From Ranitomeya imitator (Eukaryota), in NCBI RefSeq assembly GCF_032444005.1, contig NC_091290.1:142786001-142850000 (forward strand): a stretch of DNA of 64,000 nt. The letters are read 5' to 3'. Shown here piece by piece: positions 25,521 through 39,468 of this stretch (within the stretch, counting starts at the first letter, position 1; every line of letters starts with the position of its first letter). A program made the translations under genes and the position numbers. The notes beneath the pieces were generated by a model, which saw only the letters and a list, made by a program, of their open reading frames with translations, did no database searches and was not told the DNA's origin.

Positions 25521-26711
25521 TGTGGCCACTAATGGAATCAGAATGTGGTCACAACCCTTTGCGCCAATGTAGTGACTTTACTGGAAGTCCCATGTAAACG
25601 CTACACTTTCCATTCTCACCAGATGTCCCGCTGCTGACTCCCTCGGCCTATACGCACGTTCTTGGCACTGATGCGATTGCACTACATACCTCATAACATC
25701 GTTGGATTGTTTGCTCAGTCCGGTCACATTCAGGTTTATTTGCACAGAAAGATTGAGAAATGCGGCCCCAAAATCTGTACACGAAGCAATGACATTAAGA
25801 AAGGCTCTGTGCAGCCGATGATGGAGCCCCGCGGCCGAATGCAGACCTTTCCCGTAACTGTCAGGAATGTTTTCACTGGTTATAAAAAAAAAAAAATATA
25901 TATGCAGCAGGTATAACGGGTTTCCATATACAAATATAGCGCTACGTAATGTTTCCTACACAGGAAATGCCCAGATTCACAATGTCATGTTCCGGGAATA
26001 AAAAAGGTGAGTCTCAACATAAAGGTGCTGCACAATATATACACAACCGTGCCGCCATAATAGTGACAATAGCGCCAGAGAATCGGCACCCCCCCCCCCC
26101 CCCCCGCTGGCAATCTGATGCTACTGCAGTGCTGCTAGGTGAGCTGATGCAGGTGGTGACCACTCCCACCATTCTTTAAAAGGTCACGTGATGCATCAGC
26201 TGACTGTGGTGACACAGGGCCTTTCTGGAGACCAGCTCCCTGGCGTGACTGGAGTCCAGTTGCTGTTGTTATTTGCGGTGTGGAGCTTAGCAGCGGGGTC
26301 CATAAGCTAAGTGTGGTGTTTTTATTACCTTGTCCCTTTGGTGTTTGTCACTTCCCCCCATGTGTATTATCTGCAGACATGAGGCTAGTGCTCCTTACTG
26401 GCCAGTGCACTAGCCAGAGCAGTAATAAGTGACTACTAGGGAAGAGGTATCCTGACGGCGGGGGGGGGAAGGACCCGCATAGGGCATTAGGGGAGTGCAG
26501 GGAAAGGCTCACGTTTGGGCTCAGGTGGTGACCATTCCCCATTCCCTACAGGTACAGCTACAGGCCTTCCTCTCACCTTTTCCATCTCGTTACTGAGTTG
26601 TGCTATCCGTTGACCGATGGGTCGAGTCACACGTGACACAATAGTGCTATAGACTGAGTTCACAACAGAGATATAATCCAGCACATAAGTGTGTCATCAT
26701 GTCCCACAGTC

Positions 26712-27514
26712 AGCAGTATCATTTAGTTATATCCTTGTACATAGGGGCAGTATTATATCCTCGTACATAGGGGCAGTATTATAGTAGTTATATTCTCGTA
26801 CATAGGGGCAGTATTATACTAGTTATATTCTTGTACATAGGGGCAGTATTATAGTAGTTATATTCTTGTACATATGGGCAGTATTATAGTAGTTATATTC
26901 TTGTATATAGGAGCAGTATTATAGTAGTTATATTCTTGTACAAAGGGAGCAGTATTATACTAGTTATATTCTTGTACATGGGAGCAGTATTATAGTAGTT
27001 ATATTCTAGTACATATGGGCAGTATTATAGTAGTTATATTCTAGTACATAGGGGCAGTATTATAGTAGTTATATTCTTGTACATAAGGAGCAGTATTGTA
27101 GTAGTTATATTCTTGTACATAGGAGCAGTATTATAGTAGTTATATTCTTGTACATAAGGAGCAGTATTATAGTAGTTATATTCTTGTACATAGGAGCAGT
27201 ATTATAGCAGTTATATTCTTGTACATAGGGGGCAGTATTATAGTAGTTATATTCTTGTACATAGGGGCAGTATTATAGTAGTTATATTCTTGTACATGGG
27301 AGCAGTATTATAGTAGTTATATTCTAGTACATATGGGCAGTATTATAGTAGTTATATTCTTGTACATAGGGGGCAGTATTATAGTAGTTATATTCTTGTA
27401 CATAGGAGCAGTATTATAGCAGTTATATTCTTGTACATAGGGGCAGTATTATAGTAGTTATATTCTAGTACATATGGGCAGTATTATAGTAGTTATATTC
27501 TTGTACATAAGGAG
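26712..27514 (+). repeat. 35-36-bp minisatellite (gcagtattatagtagttatattcttgtacatagg[g/a])
   Basis: About 22 tandem copies. Confidence 0.95.
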
Positions 27515-28105
27515 CAAACTATTGCTTTTTTTTGTGCCATAACATTGGCTCTATAATTTTTACATGACTGAGAAACAATCTTTGCCCCCTCGATGATTAT
27601 ATCAGTCGTTACCGAATTGCTGTATATCTGCTCTTCTCTGGTCAGGATCTGTAATGGTCAGGTCAGTAATGTTGTTTTGCAGAGATTTGGCTGGAATTAG
27701 ATGTCACAAGGTCTGCTCTGTGAAACAGATTTTGGCTGCTTTGGCTTAGGCTCTGCGCCAGAGTAGCGTCATTCTGAGATTTTAGTGTACAAAAAAAAAA
27801 AATAGAATCAGTAAAACATACTGCAGCAGCCGGCACTGACGAATCCCACAGAGGATTGGAAGGATTAGCACAAGATGTTAACCCTGTTTTCCTGGGCAGG
27901 AATTACAAAAATTAGACTTACACTTTTATTTAAAGTGATGCCTCTCCTTCCTTCCTGAAAGTACCGATCTGAGATATAAAGTTATGAAAAGCCAATCCTT
28001 TAGTTCACAATAATTCATGCCCCCATCTCCCCTCGAAACAAGACCTAATTGTGTGTAACCCCTTTTCGCCCACTTGCTTGTAACGTCTGTGCCCAATAGA
28101 TGGAT

Positions 28106-28151
<46 letters not shown>

Positions 28152-30884
28152 CTAGTAGAAAACAAGGCATTTTCTTGGCTTCTACAGATCCTATAGCTGT
28201 GCCTAAAACTACAGAATTGTATGGTGGTTGCCCTACTTGGTTAAGCTTCCCTTAAAAGTTAGCAGAAGTAGCCTAAGGTCATGAAGGATGTTTGGCAGAC
28301 AGCACACTATCATTTATGCAACAGTAATGATATGGGGTAGTTACGGACCCCATTACAGTACCATTTAATGTGACAGTTTCCATACATGGTAAATTCTATT
28401 TAATTAGTGGTGGAAGAGATATCCCATAGGGGTCATCAGGTCATGTAATTGAGGGGTATAACCCAGAGCGATAAAGAAGTTCTGGAGAAAAAAATAAAAT
28501 ATTTTTTTTGAGGCCAAGATATCTATCAAAAAAGAAAAAAAAAGACAATTTGATAAATTGTTTCAAAACTTCATAAACATTTGTTTTTGCTTTGCTGTCT
28601 TCTTGAGGGTTAACCATAAAATGTTAATTTCCGATAAAAAGAAAAGAAATAAAAAAATAAATAAAAAAGACAAGAGAATTCGCCCCATCTGCCACGCTCC
28701 GCTGAGACCCGAGCTCATAAATGACAGCAAAACAGATTGTTGCGTTTACAAACAGCGAGCGGACTTTCCCGAGGACGGTGACTGTGCTGTGGTTGGCGAT
28801 TTTCTTTTTTTATTCGCTGTTTCCAAGACGACTGTTCCTCACAAGCAGCTCTGGCACTGAACAGCTGGACGGATATTTAGGAGCTGTGTGCGCCCAGCGC
28901 CAGAACTCCCATCCAGCGCCGCGGATCTCTCCGGGCAGATGCTGAATACACGGGAAGACGACGGGAATGATAAACGTTTACAAATTGCAATTTTTGGTTG
29001 ATTTTGTTATGTCAGTCCCAAAAGAAGAAACTTTCCGGAGTTTTGTGTTGATGATTCACCGCCTCATCCAGGATTGCAGTTTCATTTTAATACTGCAGTA
29101 CCAGACATGGCCTATTGATAAAAGTGGCGCTATTGCTGAATGATCGGGCAATTCTGCTTTTTTTTTTTTTTATATATATATATATATATATATGCATGTT
29201 GGGTTTTTTTCTAGTACTTTTAAACCTAATTTTCCATTATTAATTTGACTAGCCCCATTTTGGTAAACGAGACCCTCACGATTTGCTCAGTATAGAACTG
29301 TTATCAGATAGTAACCTACAAAAAAATATTAGTTTTGTCATTTTATTTTACCAGAAATCTACAAACATTCAAGCAGACACGTGAGGAATAGAATTCTCCT
29401 TATTTTATTAACAGAAACTGTTATAAATCCTTAACAAAGAGAATAAGTATCACACACAAAAAAAAATAAGGCCGTTCGTGGTGTCCAGAGAATGAGATCA
29501 ACCTTCACTCCAGTCAAAAATACTATTAATTAAAAAAAAAAAAAAACACAACTAAAATCCACATCCAAGGAGGATACGAAAAGTGTCATTTTCTTTGGAG
29601 GACCTACATTAATCAGATAGGTGTAATACTCTGTTTCACCTGCGGTGGCACTGTAGAGAAACTGAATATCTGCTGACAGGTTCCAGCACAGGCGATCACA
29701 GTGATCAGCTTATTGGTGAGATGCACTCCTAAGAAAAAGGGGATGGTCGAAAGTGGACAATGATGGTCGAAAGTGGACAATGCCTTTGAAAGCTCCGATT
29801 GTGGCCCGAATGTCCAGAATGATTGTTACAGTGCACAAAGACAGCGAACGCATTGCAAAAATAGCACCCCCAGTGGTGAAACACTATAAACTTACTTTCT
29901 CTTCCAGCCCAAGAGCAGTGCTTTACATTTTCAGCTCCTAGGGGGAGGGGTTACAATTTGGAACCACCCCTGCTTATGTTTAAAGTCTGCGGTTTTCTGA
30001 AACAATGTGATATATTATAATATAAAGAGGAGGATAATATTACAGGAAAGGTCTGAGAAGGCAGCAGAGGCCTCCCTGCCTCTCTGTAATACATAGCGAC
30101 AAGGAACTAGTCCCGATCATGGCTCAGGTGGGAGAAGCCCTGCACATATGTATGCGGAGCAGCAACAGCATAGTCTGAGGTTTAAAGGGGGTCGTCCTCC
30201 TCGCCTGACTGACCACCCCCTTCAATAGATTCCGCTAGAACAAAGGTGTCAGCTTTAGGCGTGGGTCCCTCCCCCCAATCCCCCCCCCAAAAAAAAAAAT
30301 AAAAATAGTTGACATTTGCGAAGGTGGCGTGTAATAAAATATTTTTAATTATAATTTTTAATGTCAGTCTCCAGCATTAACCCCTACTAGTCTGGATCCA
30401 GTCTCAAAAATGGGCCTGGCACCGGGGGCATGCTGGTTGTTGTAGTGTCTCCAGTGTTTTATCACTAGATGCTTGAGGTATGGTATAAATACAGGTCTAC
30501 AAGTCACACGTGGGCGGCTCTGGTCACTAAGAGGTTAAAAGGCAGATAGTCAGAAACTATTAAAATTCCTTTAATCGAGAAAAAGACGCTAATACGTCGT
30601 TATGTATCAAGTTTAGAAGATTTCTGATTATCCAGACCATTTTATACAAGACTCCGGAGTAAAGGAATTGCACCGGTATGAGACCCCGGCGGTATTATCC
30701 CGTCCTTAACACACAGCAATCACTCGAATACCCATATAATACTCTGAGACAGCAATATGAAGCCATTTCTGCCAGTTGCATATTGTTCTATTTTGTGCCA
30801 TGTACAGCGCCCCCCAGTGGCAGATTGTATCAGTCATCATCCGAAGACATGTCTCCGCCGGTCATGTGAGCGCCGCTCGATAGT

Positions 30885-31384
30885 CTAGTCCCCGTACTGG
30901 ATTTCGGCTTTCAGCTCCTGAGACACATAACTGATGAGCGCTGCTGCCACCTGCTGCTGTAACGCGGCATTGCCGGACACCAGCATGATGAGGTGCGTTG
31001 CGTCCGTCCAGTCCAGGTTTCGGATGATGGCGAAGATCTGCTCGCACAGTCTCTGCTGCTGCACGGGCGGCAGCTCCAGCAGGATCTGAGGGATGGGCCT
31101 GAACTGACCGTTCGTCATCCAGGCTCCTAGGACGCCCCCTAGAGCGCCGCCTGCAAAATACAAGAGTCACCGTCGTTATGAGAATCTCAACATCAGGGCC
31201 GCCAACCCCAAATCTGCACCTTACCTACAGCGATCCCTGGGGGGCCTCCTAATAATCCCCCCACAAAGGCTCCTGCGCCAGCGACCACGGCCCCCCTGGC
31301 AGAATGCTTGATGGTCGCCTTCATCTTCTGCTCCGTCGCCAGGTGGCACAAAAGGCGCAAGATGTCGTCCATGTTCACCGGCAT
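30885..31384 (-). CDS. C19orf12: C19orf12 orthologue (MPAN/NBIA4 protein), 141 aa. Coding exons 31384-31225 and 31150-30885
   Basis: [54 protein letters not shown]|[87 protein letters not shown]. 160+266 nt gives 142 codons. The intron is GT-AG and the glycine-zipper segment is present. An acceptor 8 nt before the ATG shows an upstream non-coding exon. Confidence 0.96.
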
Positions 31385-32404
31385 GTTCAGGCCTGCAACA
31401 GAAAGACGATGGTGACAAGATACAGAACAGGAGGAGCCCCCCCTACAGGCAGTCATGTGCAATGCTTACCTATGGGGGCACTCTACACTCAGCCTGATGT
31501 ACATTAAAGGGACGTGATGGACACACGAGTTATGGAGGTCCGGCACCGGGCAGCTCCATCAGCAGAGTCATTGTCACAGCAATGCTCAGTACACCGCGCA
31601 GTGGCCGATCTCAGGTACTGCATAGAATCACAGCTGCAGTACCAACAACGGCCACTGCGCGGTGTCTCTATTCACTGGGTACATCTACTGCTGGAAGTAG
31701 GGCCGATCAGATACCGATAAAGAACCTAGGGTTGGCCATCCTTATCCCAGCAGAAGACAATCCCTTTAACCCCTTTCTCTCCTCGGACGGAATAGTACGC
31801 CAACGTCAGTACCCACGCTTTGAGGTGGGCTCCGGCGGTGAGCTTTTTTTTAACCACAAAATAACCTAGTCATGTTTGGTGTCTATGAACTCGTAGTGAC
31901 CTGGAGAATCATAATGGCAGATCAGTTTTATCATTTAGTGAACCAAGCAAAAAAGCCAATCAAAAAACCAGTGTGGGATTGCACTTTTTTTGGCAATTTC
32001 ATCACCCTTCAATTTTTTTTCCAGTTTTCTAGTACACGACATGGTAAAACCAATGATGTCGTTCAAAAGTACAACTCGTCCCGCAAAAAATAAGCCCTCA
32101 CATGGCCAAATTGACGGAAAAAGGAAAAAAGTTATGGCTCTGGGAAGGAGAGGAGTGAAAAAAAGCTCCGGGGGTGAAAGGGTTAAGGCCGCATTCGCTT
32201 TGAGATTTCTAAAGAGGGTCATATATATGAAGGGCGCGAGTCACGTGACCAGCGCCAGCACAAGGCATGATGGGACGGTGTGACGCTTATCTCCTCCCTC
32301 CGTCATCTGCCTCATCTCACAGGAGGGAAATCCCGGCCACGACACCGCGGGGAGGACAAGGTCCAGCGCAGCCCGAAGAGGGGGGGAAGTCAGCAGCTGC
32401 CGGA

Positions 32405-34384
32405 TCCCATACCCCCGGGGGGACGCAGGAGACCCCCACAACACCCCACAACACCACGAGGGGACGCAGGAGACCCCCACATACCTCACATGCCCCACAA
32501 CACCACGAGGGGACGCAGGAGACCCCCACAACACCACGAGGGGACGCAGGAGACCCCCACATACCTCACATGCCCCACAACACCACGAGGGGACGCAGGA
32601 GACCCCCACATACCTCACAGGTCCCACAACACCACAAGGGGACGCAGGAGACCCCCACATACCTCACAGGCCCCACAACACCACGAGGGGACGCAGGAGA
32701 CCCCCACATACCTCACATGCCCTACAACACCACGAGGGGACGCAGGAGACCCCCACATACCTCACAGGTCCCACAACACCCCGGGGGGACGCAGGAGACC
32801 CCCACATACCTCACAGGCCCCACAACACCCCGGGGGAGGCAGGAGACCCCCACATACCTCACATGCCCCACAACACCACGAGGGGACGCAGGAGACCCCC
32901 ACATACCTCACAGGCCCCACAACACCACAAGGGGACGCAGGAGACCCCCACATACCTCACATGCCCCACAACACCACGAGGGGACGCAGGAGACCCCCAC
33001 ATACCTCACAGGCCCCACAACACCACAAGGGGACACAGGAGACCCCCACATACCTCACAGGCCCCACAACACCCCGGGGGGACGCAGGAGACCCCCACAT
33101 ACCTCACAGGCCCCACAACACCCCGGGGGGACGCAGGAGACCCCCACATACCTCACAGGCCCCACAACACCTCGGGGGGACGCAGGAGACCCCCACATAC
33201 CTCACAGGCCCCACAACACCTCGGGGGGACGCAGGAGACCCCCACATACCTCACAGGCCCCACAACACCTCGGGGGGACGCAGGAGACCCCCACATACCT
33301 CACAGGCCCCACAACACCCCGGGGGGACGCAGGAGACCCCCACATACCTCACAGGCCCCACAACACCTCGGGGGGACGCAGGAGACCCCCACATACCTCA
33401 CAGGCCCCACAACACCCCGGGGGACGCAGGAGACCCCCACATACCTCACAGGCACCACAACACCCCGGGGGGAAGCAGGAGACCCCCACATACCTCACAT
33501 GCCCCACAACACCACGAGGGGACGCAGGAGACCCCCACATACCTCACAGGCCCCACAACACCACAAGGGGACGCAGGAGACCCCCACATACCTCACATGC
33601 CCCACAACACCACGAGGGGACGCAGGAGACCCCCACATACCTCACAGGCCCCACAACACCACAAGGGGACACAGGAGACCCCCACATACCTCACAGGCCC
33701 CACAACACCCCGGGGGGACGCAGGAGACCCCCACATACCTCACAGGCCCCACAACACCCCGGGGGGACGCAGGAGACCCCCACATACCTCACAGGCCCCA
33801 CAACACCTCGGGGGGACGCAGGAGACCCCCACATACCTCACAGGCCCCACAACACCCCGGGGGACGCAGGAGACCCCCACATACCTCACAGGCACCACAA
33901 CACCCCGAGGGGACGCAGGAGACCCCCACATACCTCACAGGCCCCACAACACCTCGGGGGGACGCAGGAGACCCCCACATACCTCACAGGCCCCACAACA
34001 CCCCGGGGGACGCAGGAGACCCCCACATACCTCACAGGCACCACAACACCCCGGGGGGAAGCAGGAGACCCCCACATACCTCACAGGCACCACAACACCC
34101 CGGGGGACGCAGGAGACCCCCACATACCTCACAGGCACCACAACACCCCGGGGGACGCAGGAGACCCCCACATACCTCACAGGCACCACAACACCCCGGG
34201 GGGACGCAGGAGACCCCCACATACCTCACAGGCCCCACAACACCCCGGGGGGACGCAGGAGACCCCCACATACCTCACAGGCCCCACAACACCTTGGGGG
34301 GACGCAGGAGACCCCCACATACCTCACAGGCACCACAACACCCCGGGGGGAAGCAGGAGACCCCCACATACCTCACAGGCCCCA
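32405..34384 (+). repeat. 48-49-bp GC-rich minisatellite (~40 copies) in C19orf12 intron 1
   Basis: The unit is ggggggacgcaggagacccccacatacctcacaggccccacaacacccc. ORF starts in the track are spaced 49 or 48 nt apart. Confidence 0.96.
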
Positions 34385-34799
34385 GTGCAGATCTCTACGT
34401 ATGTGATTTCCACATCCCCGGCCACAGTCCGACTAGTCGTGCCCGGCTCGGCTCCATGCCCCTGTGTGCTGAGCCCCGGACACCACTAGTTGGACTGTGG
34501 CCGGGATTATGGTAATCACACACGTGGTCACATGACCACCGGCAGAGAATTCTCAGGACCCCATAACTATCACTCCCATCCTGCCCGAGAACAGACCAGA
34601 TATTAACCCGTGAATCACCGGACTAAATAAAATCCCAGCCCCCCCAGGTCAGATTAAAGCAGCAAAGACAAAAAACCGCAGGAGGAGAACTGAGGAACAA
34701 CGTCCCAGGTGGGAAGGGGTTAATGGAGGAAATGCAGGAGACGCACAAGTCTCAGCATGCCCAGAGAGACAGTGCTGGGACTTGTGGTCCTCGCCGCTC

Positions 34800-34960
34800 T
34801 GCACTCACCGTCACCGCGGTCCGATGTCTGACACCTGGTGACAGCAGTCCCGGCCAAGTGACAGCAGAAGGGGGCGGGGCTACACCTGACAGACAGGCCA
34901 TTGGTTAATAAACTCAAAGGGCGGGACGGGAAACGTTACAACGGAAGTGACGTCATGACG
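34800..34960 (-). promoter_or_regulatory. Probable C19orf12 promoter and non-coding exon 1
   Basis: There is a minus-strand donor CG|GTGAGT (exon ends 34809). Upstream are a GC box ggggcggggc (34871-34880), ATTGG (~34900), a second gggcggg (~34919) and an ETS-CRE composite CGGAAGTGACGTCA (34942-34955). Confidence 0.65.
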
Positions 34961-35285
34961 GTGGCCTGAGAGGAAAAAATTATTTTTATCTCTGACAAAC
35001 AATCGTATTTCGCTCCCGATAATGAGACACTGGATGGAGCTCCACAGGCGGACTGTACCGGAGAGGCGCTGCGGCAACGGTATATACGGCAGGAAGGAGA
35101 CAGTGCCGTGCGCCGATAGGCTGACCACAAACATGTCACTAGGCTGGAAAACTATGGTAGCCGTCGCCTCCCGCATTGAAATTATTCTCACCGATTTCAC
35201 AGATGTCGCCCGCTAGTGGTTAGAGAGTGGAACTACAGTTCAGACTGATTACATCTGGATAAACTGTGCGCCTTGTATACAGTAT

Positions 35286-36075
35286 AGCAGAATAGTGAGT
35301 GCAGCTCTGGAGTATAATACAGGATGTAACACAGGATCAGTAATGTAATGTATGTACACAGTGACTGCACCAGCAGAATAGTGAGTGCAGCTCTGGAGGA
35401 TAATACAGGATGTAACTCAGGATCAGTAATGTAATGTATGTACACAGTGACTGCACCAGCAGAATAGTGAGTGCAGCTCTGGAGGATAATACACGATGTA
35501 ACTCAGGATCAGTAATGTAATGTATGTACACAGTGACTGCACCAGCAGAATAGTGAGTGCAGCTCTGGAGGATAATACAGGAGGTAACTCAGGATCAGTA
35601 ATATAATGTATGTACACAGTGACTGCACCAGCAGAATAGTGAGTGCAGCTCTGGGGTATAATACTGGATGTAACTCAGGATCAGTAATGTATGTACACAG
35701 TGACTGCACCAGCAGAATAGTGAGTGCAGCTCTGGGGTATAATACAGGATGTAACTCAGGATCAGTAATGTATGTACACAGTGACTGCACCAGCAGAATA
35801 GTGAGTGCAGCTCTGGAGGATAATACAGGAGGTAACTCAGGATCAGTGATGTAATGTATGTACACAGTGACTGCACCAGCAGAATAGTGAGTGCAGCTCT
35901 GGAGGATAATACAGGATGTAACGCAGGATCAGTAATGTATGTACACAGTGACTGCACCAGCAGAATAGTGAGTGCAGCTCTGAGGTATAATACAGGATGT
36001 AACTCAGGATCAGTAATGTAATGTATGTACACAGTGACTGCACCAGCAGAATAGTGAGTGCAGCTCTGGAATATA
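35286..36075 (-). repeat. 86/81-bp satellite array, same family as 1-1412 in the opposite orientation
   Basis: The unit is the reverse complement of the 1-1412 unit, about 9-10 copies. Confidence 0.96.
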
Positions 36076-36295
36076 CCCAGTGAGTTGTTTTTTTTTCCCA
36101 GTATCTGTTGTTTCGGAGTGTGTGTCTGATGGTTTCGGTTGTTAGTGATTGTGGTGGTTGTTGGTGATGGTTGTTAGTAGTGATTGTTAGTGTTGATGGT
36201 TGTTAGTGATGATGGTTATGATGGTTGTTAGTGATTTTTGTTGTTAGAGATCGTGGTTTTTAGTGGTGGTTGGTGATGATGGTTGATGGTGGTGG

Positions 36296-37234
36296 TAACA
36301 TAGTAACATAGTTAGTAAGGCCGAAAAAAGACATTTGTCCATCCAGTTCAGCCTATATTCCATCATAATAAATACCCAGATCTACGTCCTTCTACAGAAC
36401 CTAATGATTGTATGATACAATATTGTTCTGCTCCAGGAAGACATCCAGGCCTCTCTTGAACCCCTCGACTGAGTTCGCCATCACCACCTCCTCAGGCAAG
36501 CAATTCCAGATTCTCACTGCCCTAACAGTAAAGAATCCTCTTCTATGTTGGTGGAAAAACCTTCTCTCCTCCAGACGCAAAGAATGCCCCCTTGTGCCCG
36601 TCACCTTCCTTGGTATAAACAGATCCTCAGCGAGATATTTGTATTGTCCCCTTATATACTTATACATGGTTATTAGATCGCCCCTCAGTCGTCTTTTTTC
36701 TAGACTAAATAATCCTAATTTCGCTAATCTATCTGGGTATTGTAGTTCTCCCATCCCCTTTATTAATTTTGTTGCCCTCCTTTGTACTCTCTCTAGTTCC
36801 ATTATATCCTTCCTGAGCACCGGTGCCCAAAACTGGACACAGTACTCCATGTGCGGTCTAACTAGGGATTTGTACAGAGGCAGTATAATGCTCTCATCAT
36901 GTGTATCCAGACCTCTTTTAATGCACCCCATGATCCTGTTTGCCTTGGCAGCTGCTGCCTGGCACTGGCTGCTCCAGGTAAGTTTATCATTAACTAGGAT
37001 CCCCAAGTCCTTCTCCCTGTCAGATTTACCCAGTGGTTTCCCGTTCAGTGTGTAATGGTGATATTGATTCCCTCTTCCCATGTGTATAACCTTACATTTA
37101 TCATTGTTAAACCTCATCTGCCACCTTTCAGCCCAAGTTTCCAACTTATCCAGATCCATCTGTAGCAGAATACTATCTTCTCTTGTATTAACTGCTTTAC
37201 ATAGTTTTGTATCATCTGCAAATATCGATATTTT
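36296..37234 (-). mobile_element. CR1 LINE, 5'-truncated 3' fragment (end of ORF2 RT plus 3' UTR)
   Basis: The minus strand reads KISIFADDTKLCKAV..., then ORF 37159-36401 (DLDKLETWAERWQMRFNNDKCKVIH...RRLRGDLITMYKY...TRGHSLRLEERRF...FFTVRAVRIWNCLPEEVV). It ends in (ACTATGTT)n, seen as taacatagtaacatag on +. The frame is intact, so the copy is young. Confidence 0.93.
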
Positions 37235-37571
37235 ATGGTTGTTAGTGATGATGATGGTTTTCGGTGATGGTTGTTGGTGATGGTGGTTAGTGATGATGGT
37301 GGCGGTTGTTAGTGGTGGTGATTGTTACTAATGATGGTGGGAGGCAGTTGTTAGTGGTGGTGGTGGTTGTTAGTGATGTTGGTAGTTGGTGGTGGTTGGT
37401 GATGTCGGTTAGTGATGATGGTAGTTGGTGTTGGTGATGATGTCGGTTGTTAGTGATGATGGTAGTTGGTGGTGGTTGTTGGTGATGGTGGTTGTTAGTG
37501 ATGATGGCGGTTGTTAGTGGTGGTTGTTAGTGATGGTGGTGGTTGTTGTTAGTGATGGTGGTGGTTGTTAA

Positions 37572-38060
37572 GGTACCTTCACACTGAGCGATGCTGCAGC
37601 GATCCAGACAACGATCCGGATCGCTGCAGCGTTGCTGTTTGGTCGCTGGAGAGCTGTCACACAGACCTCTCTACAGCGACCAACGATGCCGGTAACCAGG
37701 GTAAACATCGGGTAACTAAGCGCAGGGCTGCGCTTAATAACCTGATGTTTACCCTGGTTACCAGCGTTAAAGTTAAAAAAAAAGAAACACTTCATACTTA
37801 CCTTCCGCTGTCTGTCCCTCGGCGCTCTGCTTCTCTGCCCTGTGTAAGCACAGCGGCCGGAAAGCAGAGCGGTGTCACACACGCCTATTCTGCGATGTCT
37901 ACAGGTGATCCAGCGACGAAAGAAAGTGCTGGCCTTCTAGCTCCGACCAACGACAGCACAGCAGGATCCTGATCGCTGCTGTGTCAAACTGAACGATATC
38001 GCTAGCCAGGACGCTGCAACGTCACGGATCGCTAGCGATATTGTTCAGTGTGAAGGTACC
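37572..38060. mobile_element. MITE with TTAA target duplication (Kolobok/T2-like; a Harbinger-type origin is not excluded)
   Basis: TTAA|ggtaccttcacactgagcgat ... gttcagtgtgaaggtacc|TTAA. The body is largely palindromic. Confidence 0.85.
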
Positions 38061-39468
38061 TTAAGTGGTAGTGGTTGTTAGTGATGATGGCGGTTGTTGT
38101 TAATGATGGTGGCGGTTGTTGGTGGTGGTTAGTGATGATAGCAGTTGTTAGTGGTGGTTGTTGGTGATGGTGGCGGTTGTTGTTAATGATGGTGGTGGTT
38201 GTTGGTGGTGGTTAGTGATGATGGCAGTTGTTAGTGGTGGTTGTTGGTGATGGTGGCGGTTGTTGTTAATGATGGTGGTGGTTGTTGGTGATGGTGGTGG
38301 TTAGTGATGATGGCGGTTGTTAGTGGTGGTTGTTGGTGATGGCGGTTGTTAGTGGCGGTTGTTAGTGATGGTGGCGGTGGTTGTTAATGATGGTGGTGGT
38401 TGTTAGTGGTGGTTGTTAGTGATGGTGGCGGTGGTTGTTAATGATGGTGGTGGTTGTTGGTGATGGTGGTGGTTAGTGATGATGGCGGTTGTTAGTGGTG
38501 GTTGTTGGTGATGGCGGTTGTTAGTGGTGGTTGTTGGTGATGGTGGCGGTGGTTGTTAATGATGGTGGTGGTTGTTGGTGATGGTGGTGGTTAGTGATGA
38601 TGGCGGTTGTTAGTGGTGGTTGTTGGTGATGGCGGTTGTTAGTGGTGGTTGTTGGTGATGGTGGCGGTTGTTGTTAATGATGGTGGTGGTTGTTGGTCAT
38701 GGTGGTGGTTAGTGATGATGGCGGTTGTTAGTGGTGGTTGTTGGTGATGGCGGTTGTTAGTGGCGGTTGTTAGTGATGGTGGCGGTGGTTGTTAATGATG
38801 GTGGTGGTTGTTAGTTGCCTCCATGCTCTGTACCATACTGTGCAGTCTCTAGTTTGGGCTCAGGTTGATGTTCCTTGGGGACATTGTCCTGGTAGAATTC
38901 CTGCAGACATCCGTCCCTCGGCTCCACACCCGGTGGTGACTGTTCGGCTGGCTCTGCCCCTGGTCCGGTCACACCGGTACATGTTGATGGCGGTCCTGTC
39001 CTTCCCTGTACTCTGGGGTGAGATGACCCCTCGGAACCATCGCTGCCATCAGGGCGGATGTGATGTTTTCATTACCAGGGATCAGATGTCTCCTGTAAGA
39101 ACTAGAAACGCCAGGACTGAGCTGATGTGACGGGAATGTCCCCCAATATCCGCTGGTCACAGGGCGTCATACTGTGGAGACACCAGAGATCTGGGGGTGG
39201 CGCTATTTTTTTTTTTTTAAGGCCGATATATTTCTGTAAGCTTGGATTAACCCTTTAATATCGTTCAGCAGTGACCTCCGCCAGCTTTACTAGAAGATAG
39301 AACCACGACTGATCATTTGTATCTAAAGTCAAAAAACAAACACAAACATATTCAACAGATTAATATTTATTTTTCAAGTGAAAAATATAAAAAAAAATAA
39401 AATCTGATTTGTTTAAAGTGAGAGATAAAAATGTATTGGGGGCTTCACCCCATCAGTAGGGGGCAGCA

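Larger units (their letters stand above)
36130..38815 (+). repeat. G/T-rich low-complexity tract (GGT/GTT/GAT/TTAG mosaics), interrupted by a CR1 fragment and a MITE
   Basis: Continuous ggtggttgttagtgatgatgg-type sequence on both sides of each insertion. Confidence 0.9.

Noticed and set aside
28680-28960. Possible enhancer (E-boxes, FOX-like gtttaca)
   Set aside because: Only short motifs expected by chance; I cannot support it without conservation data.
32267-34515. 550-740-aa Pro/His/Thr-rich ORFs
   Set aside because: They come from the 48-49-bp array antisense within C19orf12 intron 1, with all frames giving the same peptide.
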